Notes under the pieces: model-generated
Database searches by the model: none
What the model was told of the DNA's origin: nothing
Seen by the model: only the letters and a program-made list of their open reading frames with translations
Position numbers and translations under genes: made by a program
NCBI RefSeq assembly: GCF_009914755.1
Contig: NC_060947.1
From: the human T2T-CHM13v2.0 reference genome, Homo sapiens
Reading direction: 5' to 3' (one strand)
Length of the DNA stretch: 64,000 nt
Part shown: piece by piece, positions 28,844-42,174 of the stretch
Numbering within the stretch: the first letter of the stretch is position 1
How the letters are laid out: each line of letters begins with the position of its first letter

Positions 28844-30217
28844 TTATTCAATCATTTATTTATATCAGTATGAACTTGTGGATATTTATCTTATACCCCA
28901 GGTTATAATCCAGTATTAGGTTACTTTATTAGATCAAAATGTTTCATTGGTGCTGCAGTCTTACTTCTAAGCCTTCTTAGCAGCTAGATATTGGAAAACT
29001 TCTGTATACTAAATGTATATGAACATAGATCTATAATTATTTCAATATTTATCCATCTGTACCTATATTAAGCTGAACATTACTCTTACTGATGTTTCTA
29101 GCTCTATTCTAGTATCACATAATTCATTTTAGCCATCTCCTCTACTTACCTCCATAACAAAATTGGCCCCAACTGTCTAGCATCTGTATACATAATTATT
29201 TATATAGTCCTAGAATATTGATTTCAGATTGTTGGCCTTGTGAGAAACAAGTATAATGTCTTTGTACAGTTCCTTTTTTTTCTTTAGTCTTACAGTCTCC
29301 ACTCATTTCCTAAGTTACTTAGGTCAGCACTTCTTTTTCCCTATTACTTTCAGTGACATCATTTTATACACTTTTAATACAGCTAGATTCTTTTGTTGCA
29401 GTCTGCATTCCATGCTCCGATACCCAGATTTTTAAATTGATTTTTATTTGTATACATTAATGTTCACTCTTTGTATTATAATGTTCCATGGGCTTTGAAA
29501 AATGCAATCCGTCTCATATCCATCATTACAGTATCATACAGAATAGTTTCACTATCATAAAAAATTCCCTGTACTTCATCTATTCAACCACTCCCCACAA
29601 TCCCCTGAAAGCTACTGAATCTGTTATTGTCTCTGTAGTTGTGCCTTTCCTAGAGTGTCACATAAAGTTTACAACATGTAATATTTTCAGATTGGCTCAT
29701 TTCACTTACCAATATACATTTAAGATTCATCTATGTTATTGTATGGATTTATAGTTGATTGCTATTTATTGCTGAATGGTATTCCGTTGTATGCATGCAC
29801 CACAATTTATTCATTCACGTATTAAGGACATCTTGGGTTCTGGTAATTATGAATAATGCTGATATAAGCATTTTTGTGCAATTATTTGTGTTGACGTTAA
29901 GTTTTCACGTGTTTGGTCAGCTGGACCATGTAAGACTAGGTTTAACTTTATAAGAAGTTGCCAAACTGTTTCCAAAGTGGCTGTACCATTTTGCATCCCT
30001 ACCATCAATGTGTGAAAGATCTAGTTGCATCCTCACCAGTAATTGATATTTTAGCCCTACTAATATGTGTGTACTAGTAAATAATTGTCTTAGTTTGTAT
30101 TTCCTTAATGAAAAACTATGTTGTGCATCCTTTCATATGCCTGTTTGCCATAGAAAAATCTTCTTTTGTGAAATATGTTTTCATATATTTTACCTATTTA
30201 AAAAATAACGTTGTGTA

Positions 30218-30670
30218 TCAGTATCCTAGGACAACTATAACAAACTGAGTGACTTACAACAAAATAAATATATTCTCCCGCAGATACGGAGGCCAGAAGT
30301 CTGAAATCAAGGTGTCAGAAATGTTGATTCTTTCTGGAGGCTCTCAGAAAGAATCCATTTAATGCCTTTCTCCTACCTTCTGATGGCTACCCAGCAATTC
30401 TTCACATTCCTGACTTATAAACCCATCACTTGCATCTGTCTTTACCTTCATATAGCCTTCCCTTCTGTGTGTCTGTGTTTCAAATCTCCCTTGATCTTTC
30501 TTCTATGACACTTGTCATTGGACTTATGGTTCAACCTAAATCAAAAACAATGTCTTCTTGAGATCCTTAACCTAATTACAGTTGCAAACTTTCCAAAGAA
30601 GGTCACATTCACAAGTTCCAGGAGTTAGGAGATAGACATATCTATTTGAAGTCACCATTCAACCCACTAC
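30218..30670. mobile_element. MLT1C/D-type LTR nested in L1
   Basis: ggaggccagaagtctgaaatcaaggtgtcag ... caccattcaacccactac. Confidence 0.8.
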
Positions 30671-33584
30671 TGGTTGCTTGTTTTATTATTTTTGAAGTTG
30701 TAGAGTTCTTTATGCATTCTGGATACCAATCATTTATCGGTGATATGATTTGCAAATATTTTCTCCCAGTATTGTCTTTTTATTCCCTTAACGGTGTCTC
30801 TCACGGAGCAAAACTTTTTAACGTTAATAAAGTCCAACTTATCAGTGTTTTTTCTTTTATTAACTATGCTTTTGGTATTGTATATATTAATAAAACTCAT
30901 TCCAAAACCCAAACTCATAGATTTTCTCTTATGTTTTCTTCTAGAAGTTTTATAGTTTTGCATTTTGTTTTAGGACTATAATCCATTTTGAGTTAATTTT
31001 TTGTGTAAGGTCTCAGTTTAGTGTCTAAGTTAATTTTTTTCCATATGAATATCCAACTGTTCTAGCACTATTTGCTGAGAAAAAAATGATCATTTTCCAT
31101 TTATTTGCCTTCGCACCTTTGTGACAAATCAGTTTGCTGTATTTGTGTGAGCCTATTTCTGGGCATCTTATTCGCCATTCTATTTGTTCTTTCTTTCACT
31201 AACACTATAATGTCTTGATTACTATAGCTTTATATTAAGCCTTTAAATCACATAGTATGAGTCTTCAAACTTTGTTCTTAGTCAGTATTGCATTGGCTAT
31301 TCTAAGATCTTTGTTATACCATATCAGAGTCAGTATGTTGCTGTCTACAAAAAACTTGCTGGGATTTTTAGTGGAATTGCATTGAGTCTATAAATCAAGT
31401 TAGAAAGAATTGACATCTTAACAATAGTGAGTCTTCCATTCCAGGAACAGAAAATACTGCTCCATTTATTTAAATTTCCCTTGATCAGCGTTTTGTAGTT
31501 TTCTGCATATGGATTCCATACATATCTTATTAGACTTATACCTAAGTATTTCTGTGTGATTGTAAATATTTTTGCTTTTTAATTTCTGATTCCAATTCTC
31601 TATTGTTGGTAAATGGCAAAGTGATTATAATTACTTGTTTCAGAAAGGGTTTTTTTTTAGATTCTTTGGGTTTTCTACATAGACAATCATTTCCTCTGCA
31701 AAAAAGACAATTTTTATTTATCCTTCTCCTATATATATAATTTTTATTTACTTATTTTTCTTGTCTTGTACTAAATAGGGCTTCTATTATTATATCGAAT
31801 AGGAATAATGAAAAATCAACCTCGTCTCATTCCCAATCTTAGGTGGAAAATATTCATTTTCTCATCATTAGGTATGGTGTTAGTGATAAGTTCTCTTATA
31901 TACCCTTTATCAAATTAAGGGAATTCCCTTGTATTATTAATTTTTAGATGTGGTAAGTATAAATTGGTATTAAATTTTTCAAATTATTGTTTTGCATGTA
32001 TTGATATAATTACATTTATTTTATATTCAATCTGTTAATATGAATTGCACTGATTGATTTACAAATATGGACTCAGTCTTGCATTCTGGGACTGAGCCCT
32101 TCTTGGTCATGATGTGTTTCATTCTTTTTACATATTTCTGTATTCTATTTGCTAATATTTTATGAAAGATATTTTTTATATTCGTGAGTGATATTGGGCC
32201 GTTGTTATTTTTCTAGTAATGTATTTATTTGGCTTTGGTATTAGAGTGATGATAGCCTCATAAAAAGAATTGAGAATTTTGTCTCTTCTATTTACTGGAA
32301 GATATTGTGGATTATTGGTATTTTCTCTTCCTTAAATGTTTGGTAGAATTCATCCAAGAAAACCATCTGCACCTGGTGATTATTTTTAAAGAAAGTTTTA
32401 AACTACTGATTAAATATCTTTAATAGATACAATACTGTTCAGGTTATTTATTTCAACTCATGTGAATTTGGGTAGTTTGTGTCTTTCAAGGGATTAACCC
32501 ATTTTGTCTAAGTTATCAAATCTGTAAGCAGAGTTGTTTGTAGTATTCCATTAATATTTTTTCAATGTTTATAAGATCAGTTGTGAGTTGTGATGACCCC
32601 CTTTTATTCCTGATATTGGTAGTTTATTTCTTCTCTATCTTTCTTGATCATCCTGGCTAGAGGCCAATAATTTATTAGGTTATTTTGATGATGTTATCGC
32701 TTTTCTCTATTGTTTTCTTGTTTTATTTCTGCTCTGTATTTTTATTTGTTTTACTTCTGCTTCTTTTAACAAATATCCACTTTCTTCTATTTATTTTTCA
32801 TTTGCTCCTCTTTTTATGGTTTCCTATGGTAGAAGCTTAGGTTATTTACTTTAGATATCTCTTATTTTCTGATACATGAATTTGATCTTCTAAATTTCTC
32901 TAGAAAAACTACTTTAGCAGCAATCCACAAGACTTGGTTATTTGGATTTTCATTTTTATTTAGTTCAAAATATTTTTAGATTTCTCTTGAAACTTCTTTG
33001 ACCTTTGGGTTGTAGAGAAGTGCGTTGTTTAATTTACAAATATTTGGGAACTTTCCAGCTATCTTTCTGTTATTGATCTCTGATATAATTATACTGTTAT
33101 CTGAGAACACACTTTGTGCAATTTGTATTTTTTTAAAAAAAATTGTTACTGTGTGTTTTATGGCCTAGAATGTGGTCTACTTGGTGGATGTCACAGGTGA
33201 GCTTAAGAATAATGTGTATTCTGCTGCTGTTGGTTGGAATACTCTATCATGTCAGTTAAGTCACGTTGGTCATCTATATCCTTGCTGATTTTCTGTCTGC
33301 CGTCTATAAATTACTGAAAATGTATTAAATATACTATAATACTATATCTTTTTACTTCAATCAATTTTTGCTCCATGTATTTTGATGCTCTGTTAGATGC
33401 ATACACATTTAGAGTTGGTGTGTCCTTTTGGGGAATAGACCCCTTTATCATTACATAATTTCCCTCTTTGTCCCTGATAATTTCCCTTGTTTTGAAATCT
33501 GTTTTGTCTAAAATTTCTGTAGCTATTTTAGGTTTTATTTGATTAGTGTTGTTATGGTATATCTGTCTCCATCCCTTTACTTTT

Positions 33585-34890
33585 TTTAAACTGACTTACT
33601 GTGAAATATATTTTATTGAATTTCAAAGTAGCATTCCTACATGAGAATTTTTTTTAAAAGCTAAAATCAAGTTTTACAAGCATGCATTACAAGACAAACC
33701 ATGAACAACGCTGGAACAGACATCAATTCATACCACAGCCTATATGAATGTTTTTCTGTTTTTTGTTTGTTTGTTTGTTTGTTTTTTTTGAGATGGAGTC
33801 TCGCTCTGTCCCCCAGGCTGAAGTGCAGTGGCGCAATCTTGGCTCACTGCAAGCTCCGCCTCCTGGGTTCACGCCATTCTCCTGCTTTAGCCTCCTGAGT
33901 AGCTGGGACTACAGGCACCCACCACCACGCCAGGCTAATTTTTTTTTTTGGATTTTTAGTAGAGACGGGGTTTCACCGTGTTAGTCAGAATGGTCTCGAT
34001 CTCCTGACCTCGTGATCCACCCGCCTTGGCCTCCCAAAGTGCTGGGATTACAGGCGTGAGCCACTGCGCCCAGCCATGTTTTTCTATTTATTACAGTCAT
34101 ACACTAACAGTAGCAACACAATGATCACAGAATAAAATCATAAATGTCATAAGTGAGTTCTGACTAGGCTCTGACAAGTCTGTCATTCTTTTCTTGACAG
34201 CCGGATAAGCAACAGAACTTAATTGCTTAATCAAAAAACGTTAAAGATCTTTATGTAGCTGGAAATGACTACAATTGAAGACCCATTTCTAGCTACCTAT
34301 CATATTTGCCTAGCAGGTTAATTTCAACATCAAAGAAAGTCATCTGGCTGGCTGTACCATGCATTGGCTAACGGGACAAGTTTGCTGTGTTTTATGTTCA
34401 GCTTGATATATTTCCTGGCTTGTCCTTTTCTTCCCTGCACCTTGGTCTTGAGCATTCTGAGACTCAGTCAGCTGAGAATAAAGGGAACCTACCAGCCAGT
34501 TGAGAGGTATGTTGTTAACAACATAATCTATCACATCATCTCAAAACTCCTTCCTTTTCTGCAGGTGACCCTTTTTTGAAGTGAGGAGGTCATTGGACAC
34601 TTTCTTGAAGGAGACAGCATTGTGGAACATTAAATAGATGTCACTAGTCATCACCTCTAAATTGTTGGCCTGATCTTGGGTGTTCTAAGGTAACCCTTGA
34701 ATGTTGGACAAGGAAGGTGTGGCAGATGATCTGGAGCTGTTAGTTTGTGGGCAATAACCATTGTACAGGGACTCTGCTAAAAATAAGACAAGAAATTTGT
34801 GAATCCAATGTGTTTTAGTTCAATTATAGTACAAATTTAGTTCAAATACTGTAAGCTGGCTATTTGCCCACCATATATGTGGATTTTCTT
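33585..34890 (-). pseudogene. PLIN2 (perilipin 2/ADFP)-derived fragment: intron end, last exon (34776 to ~34340) and 3' UTR
   Basis: Minus-strand translation [98 protein letters not shown] resembles the PLIN2 C-terminus; acceptor tttcttgtcttatttttAG at 34778-34777; AATAAA at 33617-33612; stops at 34687-34685 and 34543-34541. Confidence 0.9.
33757..34075 (-). mobile_element. AluY inserted in the PLIN2-derived 3' UTR
   Basis: gcaagctccgcc diagnostic; TSD atgtttttct at 33748-33757 and 34076-34085. Confidence 0.95.
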
Positions 34891-34894
34891 TGCT

Positions 34895-35210
34895 TTTTAA
34901 AAACTGATACATTTTATATTTAGCGCAGTTTTAGGTTTATGGAAAAACTGAGCCAGAAATATCATTTCCATTTATTTACCCCTTCCCCTGTCACACGCAG
35001 TTTTTCCTACTATTGACATCTTGCATTAGTGTGGCACATTTGATACAATTAATTAATGAATATTGATAGATTATTAACTAAAGTCCATAATTTACATTAG
35101 GATCCGTTATTTGTGTTGTACAGTCCTACAGGTTTTGACAAATGCATAATGTCATGTATCCACCATTAAAGTATCATACAGAATAGTTTCACTCCCCTAA
35201 AAATCCCTTA
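34895..35210 (-). mobile_element. L1MC-like 3' terminal fragment adjoining the PLIN2 piece
   Basis: tttagcgcagttttaggttt...gtatcatacagaatagtttcact, typical of reverse L1MC 3' UTR. Confidence 0.7.
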
Positions 35211-35371
35211 CCCCTTTTCTTTTAACCTGAGTGTTAATATACAAAGTAGATTTATCAACAGCATGTGGTTGAATCTTTTATATTTTTGTATCCAATCTGA
35301 CAAATTTTTCCTTTTAGCTATTGTGTTTAGAGCATTCACATTTAAAGTGATTATTAATATAGTTGTATTAA

Positions 35372-35650
<279 letters not shown>

Positions 35651-38389
35651 TAAAATCTGTTCTTTTATGTCTGTTTTCTATCTGCTGCATTTTTTTTCTA
35701 TCTGCTTTTTTTTTTTTTTTTGCATTGTCTGGTTATACTTGAGCATTTTATATGATTTTATTTAATCTCTTCTCCTGATAAATACTTCATACTTAAAATT
35801 TTTCAGTGGTTTTCCTAAGGTTTACAATATATGTTTTTAAATAATTTAAGCCCACATTCAAATAACACTACACTGTTTAACATGTAGTATACCTTCCTTA
35901 TAACAGTATGTTTCCAGTTTCTCCCTCCATCCCTTGTAACACTGTTGTCATTCATTTTACTTATCCATATGCTATAATCAACCCATACATTGTTACTATT
36001 AATGCTTTAAAGAAATAATTTTTAAAGACTGACAAAAAAATAAATATTTCGGTTTACCCGCATTTATTCCTTCTCTGATGCTCATTTATGTTCATCCACA
36101 TTTATGACCTATATCAGTTTCCTTCTGCATGATGAAGTTAACATCTTGCAGAGCAGGTATGCTGGCAATGAATTGCTCCAGTTTTTGTCTGTCTGAGAAA
36201 GTCTTTACTTTTTCTTCTCCTTTGAAAGATAGTTATGTTAGTTATAGAATTCTTGGTTTGAACTTTTATTTCTTTTAACACTTTAAGGATTTCACGTTAT
36301 TCTGTTCTTGCTTGCCTGGTTTCCGATGAGAATTTTGCTATAATTTTAATCTTTCTTTTCTGTAGGAAAGTAATTCCAGTCCACTTTCTTCATAATTTTT
36401 GTCTTTTTTTTCTGCAGTTAAAATATGATATCCTAGGTATAATCTGTTACAGTTGCTCTTTATCTTGCTTGGTGTTCTCTGAGCTGACTGGGTCGTCTAT
36501 GCTTTGTTGTCTGTCACTGATGATAGAAAATCCTTTGACACTATCATGACAAGTATTTTTTTCTGCCCCATTCTTTCTTTATTTTCCTTCTGACATTCTA
36601 ATTACTTGTATTTATACCTTTTTATATTATCCCATGGTTCTTGGATATCCTGTTAATTTTTAATTCTTTTTATTCCCCTTTCTGTTTCATTTGGTGAGGT
36701 TTTTACTAACCTATTTTCAAGTTTAGTAATTATTTCTTCAGCTGTGTCGTGTTAACTAATAAGCCTGTCAATAGCACTCTGCATTTCTCTTATTGTATTT
36801 TTGATTGCTAGCATTTAGTTTTTATTCTTTCCTATAGTCTTCATCTCTCTGCCAACATAATCCCCGTTTGGTCTTGCATGTTATCTGTTTTTTCAATTAG
36901 AGCCCTTAAAATTCTAATCATACCTATTTAAGTTTTCTTGTTTGATAATTTAAACGTCTGTATCATGTTTAAGTCTGGTTCTGATACCTGCTTTGTCTCT
37001 TTAGATTGTTTTCTTTCTTGCTTTTTGGTATGCTTTATAATTTTTTGTTGAAAGCCAGACATATGTCAGTGTTAGGTACCAGGGAACATATGCTTTTAGT
37101 GTGATGATTGATATTAACATGGTTAGGAGTTGGCTTGTGTTTAATGTTTGTTATAGTATAGGTACTAGAGGCCTCACATTCCTCTAGTGTCTTTGATTTT
37201 TTTATCCTCTCTTTGCTTTAGGGTTTCTCTTTGTATTGGTCCTCAGAGAGCAGCTGTGTTTTGCAGATCTTTCAGCTGTAATCCACTGTTAGTATACTAG
37301 AGGTTTGTTTCTGTGGTGGTAGGATGTGGGAAAAAGAAAGTGTTCTATAATTTTTTAAAAAATTAAATCTTAGTATTTTAGTAATCCTGCTTTTAGGGGG
37401 AATGATCACAAATATTTCCGTCCCTCCTCCAAGAGTATTAACACCCCACCCACCCACTCCAGCCCTTTGCTTCCTTACCTGGTTGCATCATTACCAATCT
37501 ATTTTTTTTTATCCTCGTCACATGTTGACTATGTTATTTTTTTTTTATTACATAAGACAGGAAGGCTGAAAGGAGCTATAGTGGGGTGGAAATTAATTCC
37601 CTTAAGTGGGATAAGGTTTCTGTGTTAGTCTGGAGAATAGACCTCTGTAATATGGAAGGATCTGGAAAGATTATATAATGGTTATTCTTCTCCTTCCCCC
37701 TGCCAGAACCACCAGGGGATTTCTCTCAGGTCCTCATTGTGAGAACCTGGTGGAGTTCCTGGAGGGAAAGGCTGCATTAGTGTGGTCCCTTCTGTGATAG
37801 CAACCCCTAGGTGTTTTTTTGCAATCTCACACTAGTCTGCATTCAGCCTATAGCAATTTGTCAATATTACTAATGAACTAATTGGTTCCACTGTTATGGC
37901 TTTCAGTAGCTTCTGCTCCAGGTAAGCAAATAACTGTAATTATCTGAATGTGCCTGTCTCTTCAGATTTCAGCGTAGCAAGTTGCTTTGTGACTTCTTTG
38001 ACCTCACTTCTCTGTTAGGTCCAAGGAAAGTCATTGGTTTTCCATTTTTCCAGCTATTTCTTGTTGTAAAGATAAAAAAGATAACTCCTAAGCCCTTTGT
38101 ATGTTGGTGCTAAAACCAGAAATCCTTAAATCCTTTATTTTGATATTATTTTACACTAGTGGAAATTGCAACCATAGTACAGAGAGTTACTACGCGCCTT
38201 TCTCCCACCTTCCTCTGACGATACCAACTTACATAATAATAGTCCGATTATGAAAACGCAGAAAATGACATTGGTATAATATGATTAACTAATCTAAAGT
38301 CTAACTTGGATTTAAACACTTTTAGCATGTAATCATTGCTTTTGTTGTTTTATGTTCTTTTGTTTGGTGTATAGTTTTATTGAATAGAA

Positions 38390-39220
38390 AGACTAAATAA
38401 GGACACCCCAAGAATAGATCACATGAGCCAGTTTCACTCACACAGAGGCATCTATCCTAAATAAATTCATAACATATTTAATGTAAGAGTGAATAAGTAG
38501 GCTGTATCCAAGAAATGCAAAAATGATATAACATTAGGAAAAAATGGTTGATTGGGATTTATCTACAATGATAGATTAGAGGAGAATGGCATTTGATCAT
38601 TTCCTGGGGTACAGAAAAAGCCTTTGGAAAAAAATATTTAACACTGATTCATGGTACAAAAAAAAAAACAAAATAACATTGGAATAGGATTTCCATTTCC
38701 TAAAATCTACAGAAAACTTACAGAAAGGTGAAATGTTAAAAGCATCCCCATTAAAATGAGGACCAAGACACAAATGTATGGTAGCGTCTCTACTGTTTTA
38801 AAGTGAACTGAAATACATAACCAGAGCAATAAAAATATTAAAATAAAAGGTGCGAATATTGAAAGGACAGAGATAATAAATGGTGACAATATGCTCTTCT
38901 AATTAGAAAATCCAGATGAACCAGTGCACAAAATACTCAACAAATAACAGACTTCAGAAAGCTGTTGTATATATCACTATGGCAAACTCAGGAGCCTTGA
39001 CATACAAAATCACTAAGTAATAAGAACAAATAATTGAAAATATCTCAACCATAATAGCAGCAAATATCCAAATTTGCCTAAAAAGAAACCTAACAAAAAT
39101 GCACACAGTCTTTTTGCAGGCCACTATAAAAATCCCAAATAAATAGATCAGTGTCCTGTGTTTACTTATGGGGAAAAGAATATTACAAAGAAGCCAATCC
39201 TCCTTAAATTATGTACAGAT
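38390..39220 (+). mobile_element. Highly degenerate L1 ORF2 fragment
   Basis: A-rich, residual L1 RT motifs (cagaaaaagcctttg, aaagcatccccattaaaatgagg). Confidence 0.55.
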
Positions 39221-39231
39221 TTACTGCCAGC

Positions 39232-39638
39232 TGTGGACTGAATTGTATCCTCCTCAAAATTCATATGTTGAAGCCCTAATGCCCAATGTGACATTATTTG
39301 GAAATAGGACCTTTAGGGAGATAATTAAGTTTAAATGAGGTCATAAGGGTGGGGCCCTAATCCAAAAAGACTGGTTTTTAAGAAAAGGCAGAGAAACCAA
39401 AGTTCTCTTTTTGCAAGGACATAGAGAAGAATCCATGTGAGGACACAGCAAGAAGACAGCTGTCTGCTATCCAAGAAGAGAATCCATAGCAGAAACCAAC
39501 CCTGAGGACACCTTAATCGTGGACTTCTAACCTCCAGAACCTGGAGGTAAATAAATTTCTAGGTTAAAAAAAAATTACGTTGTTTAAGCCACACAGTCTA
39601 TGTTATTTTGTCATGGCAACCTGAGCAGACCAATGCAC
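39232..39638 (+). mobile_element. MLT1A/B-type LTR
   Basis: tgtggactgaattgtatcc...aaattcatatgttgaagccctaa...tgtttaagccac. Confidence 0.85.
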
Positions 39639-40249
39639 TACCTTACATGTAGCATTCAAGATGGCAACCAGAATTTGGCTAGTATTTTCCAAAATCAACC
39701 CTGGAGAAACTATAGAAAGAATGAGATAACAGTATCAACAACAGGAAAGAAGCAAAAATGAGAAATTCCTGAGGGACAAGAAGTCTGGGTTGAACCATTA
39801 CTTATGTGTGGGAAACAGGTGGGGGCATACCCTCAAGTGGAAACAGGGTCCGTAGCCGGAAATAGAAGCAGATGACAGAATTAGTTGGAGGAAAGATTTT
39901 GAAGTTTGGCCCTTGCTTCTTCCCAGTGTGTGCCTTGAGACAATGAATTTATACTGCTTCACTGAATAATACAATCTGAGATGGCGCCTCAGACCCTGTG
40001 TGTCAGTACCATATGGTAATATCACGACAGCACAAAAGTTTGGGTTGGCTGAACAGCATGATTCTAGAAGCTGTGCTTAATAACCACCCAAAACTGGGAT
40101 GCTGTTTTGTGGTGCAGCTTCCCCATATGTATCTAGCCTGAGACTTTGACCCATTCTCAAGGTTTTCAGTATGGAAACGACCCAGAGCTTTCAGGGAGTA
40201 GGTATTTCCCACAAAGCCTTTAATGAAAAAGCCAGGAGAACTCCCTACT

Positions 40250-41073
40250 CCTCCCCTCCCCCAACACCCAGGGTGGAAATCTGATAGGACAACCTACCCC
40301 AGAGGCAAGGAGCCCAGCTAGTGCTGAGCCCCAGCCCTGCTTTCACTCCTGGGAGGCCCAGGGCAGAGCTATCAGCATGAGATACCCTCTGACTTCCACC
40401 TCAAGGGTCTCAGGAAGATGAGACCCGTAGTCTGAGGAAGCCAGCCTAGGCTCTTCAGAGGAGAGAGGTGATTTGGAGAAACAAAGGCCCTCCACTTCCT
40501 CCCCTCCTCTTTATAGTGTTAATCTCCAGAGCTCTCCTAGTACTGGGCCAAGTTGCAAATCTCCCCTGGGCCTGAGGAAGGACTCAGAACCGGAATCCAC
40601 TCCGCCCTGACCCCACCCCTCCAAGCTAAGTAGCTCCAGGCATGGCTGTTAGGGCCACCACACTCTCATTTCTGCTTTGGGGTCTCAGGAAGTGAAGACT
40701 TTGATCTGAAGCTGGTGGATTCCGGTAAGCAAAGGGAGAAATCCCAGTCCAGTAAATCTCAACCTCACAACAGAGGGTGGTCACACAGATGTCAGACCCC
40801 TGCAGTCTACCCTGGGAGGCCCCAGGCAGGGCTTTCAAGCTGAAGAGCCACTTCTTTGCCACCGGGGATCTTAGGGAGGTGGGAGCCTTAGTCTAATGGG
40901 GGTGGGGCTGAAAATCCTAATAATCTAGGATAGAGGCGCAGTCCCATAGAATCCTTTTCTTGTTATTGGCTCTGGCAGGCCCTAGTAGGAGCCTGTAGAG
41001 GTGGTTTTGGTTAAAACCCACCTGGTCTCTCCCTGCTGAAGGTGTACACACCATCTCATTCTCCCTCTTCAAG
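40250..41073 (+). repeat. MAGE 5' module array 3, right part, and acceptor of the third MAGE exon
   Basis: ccctgggaggcccaggg...ctgacttcc...gggtctcagga modules; AG at 41072-41073. Confidence 0.75.
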
Positions 41074-41122
41074 GTGTGTGAATTACTTGCTCTCTTGCCT
41101 ATACTTCCTGCCCAGAGTAATC

Positions 41123-42174
41123 ATGCCTCGGGGTCAGAAAAGTAAGCTGTGTACCCGTGACAAACGCGGCCAGGCTCGAAGTGAGACCCAGGATATCTGT
41201 GGTGCTTAGGCCACTGCAGCCGGGGAAGAAAGGCCCTCTACTTCCTCCTGTCCTCTTTATGGTGTTAATCTCCAGAGCTCCCCTGGTGCTGGGCCAAGTA
41301 GGAAATCTCCGGGCCCTCAGAGAGCCCCATCCACTACTAGTACTTCTGCAAGTGTTTCATGCACAAAATTTGATGAAGGTGCCAAGAGCCAAGAAGAGGA
41401 AAAACCAAGCACCTCCCAGGCACCACCCACCACTGATCTTTTGAGCACAACCCCTCTAGACCAGAAGGCAATGTTGTTGGTGCAGTTCCTGCTGCGCAAG
41501 TACAACATGAAGGAGCCCATAACAAAGCATAACATGCTAAAGTATGTCATCAAAAAGGACAAGGCACACTTCCATGAGATCCTCAAGAAAACCTCTGAGG
41601 TCATGGTGCTGGCCTTTGGCATTGATGTGAAGGAAGTCCATCCAACCAGGCACTACTATACCCTTATCAGCAAATTGAATCGCACCTGTGAGGCAAGGCT
41701 GAGTGGTGAGGAGATCATGCCCAAGACTGGCCTCCTGATGACTATCCTGTGTGTGATCTTTATGAAGGGCAACTGTGCCACTGAGGAAGATATCTTGCAG
41801 GTGCTTAATGTAATGGGAATAGATGCCAGAAAGAACCACTATTTCTATGGGGAGCCCAAGAAGCTCATCACCCAAAATTTCGTGTAAAGGAAAGACACCT
41901 GGAGCACCGGCAGGTACTCAACAGTGATCCTGTGCGGTATGAATTTCTGCGGGGTCCCAGAGCCCATGCAGAAACCAGTAAGATGAGAATCCTTGAGTTT
42001 TTGGCCAAGATCCATGATACTGTCCCCAGTTCCTTTCCATCTTTGTATGAAGAAGCTTTGCGAGATGAAGAAGAGAGAGTCCGAGGCAGATTTGCAGCTA
42101 TGCTTCCTACTAGTGCCAGGGCCAGTGCACGTTCCAGGGTCAATTCCAGCAGCTTCACCCCTAGAGAAGTCTGA
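41123..42174 (+). pseudogene. MAGE-B pseudogene, more divergent paralog
   Basis: ATGCCTCGGGGTCAGAAAAGTAAG start; in-frame TAG at 41207-41209; frameshift with TAA at 41885-41887; ORFs 41441-41887 and 41932-42174 are MAGE domain pieces. Confidence 0.92.

Noticed and set aside
33580-33597. ttttttaaactga / tttttaaaaactga (34894) as TSD of the PLIN2 piece alone
   Set aside because: Low complexity; the host L1 resumes at ~35211, favouring the larger insertion, though this is not fully excluded
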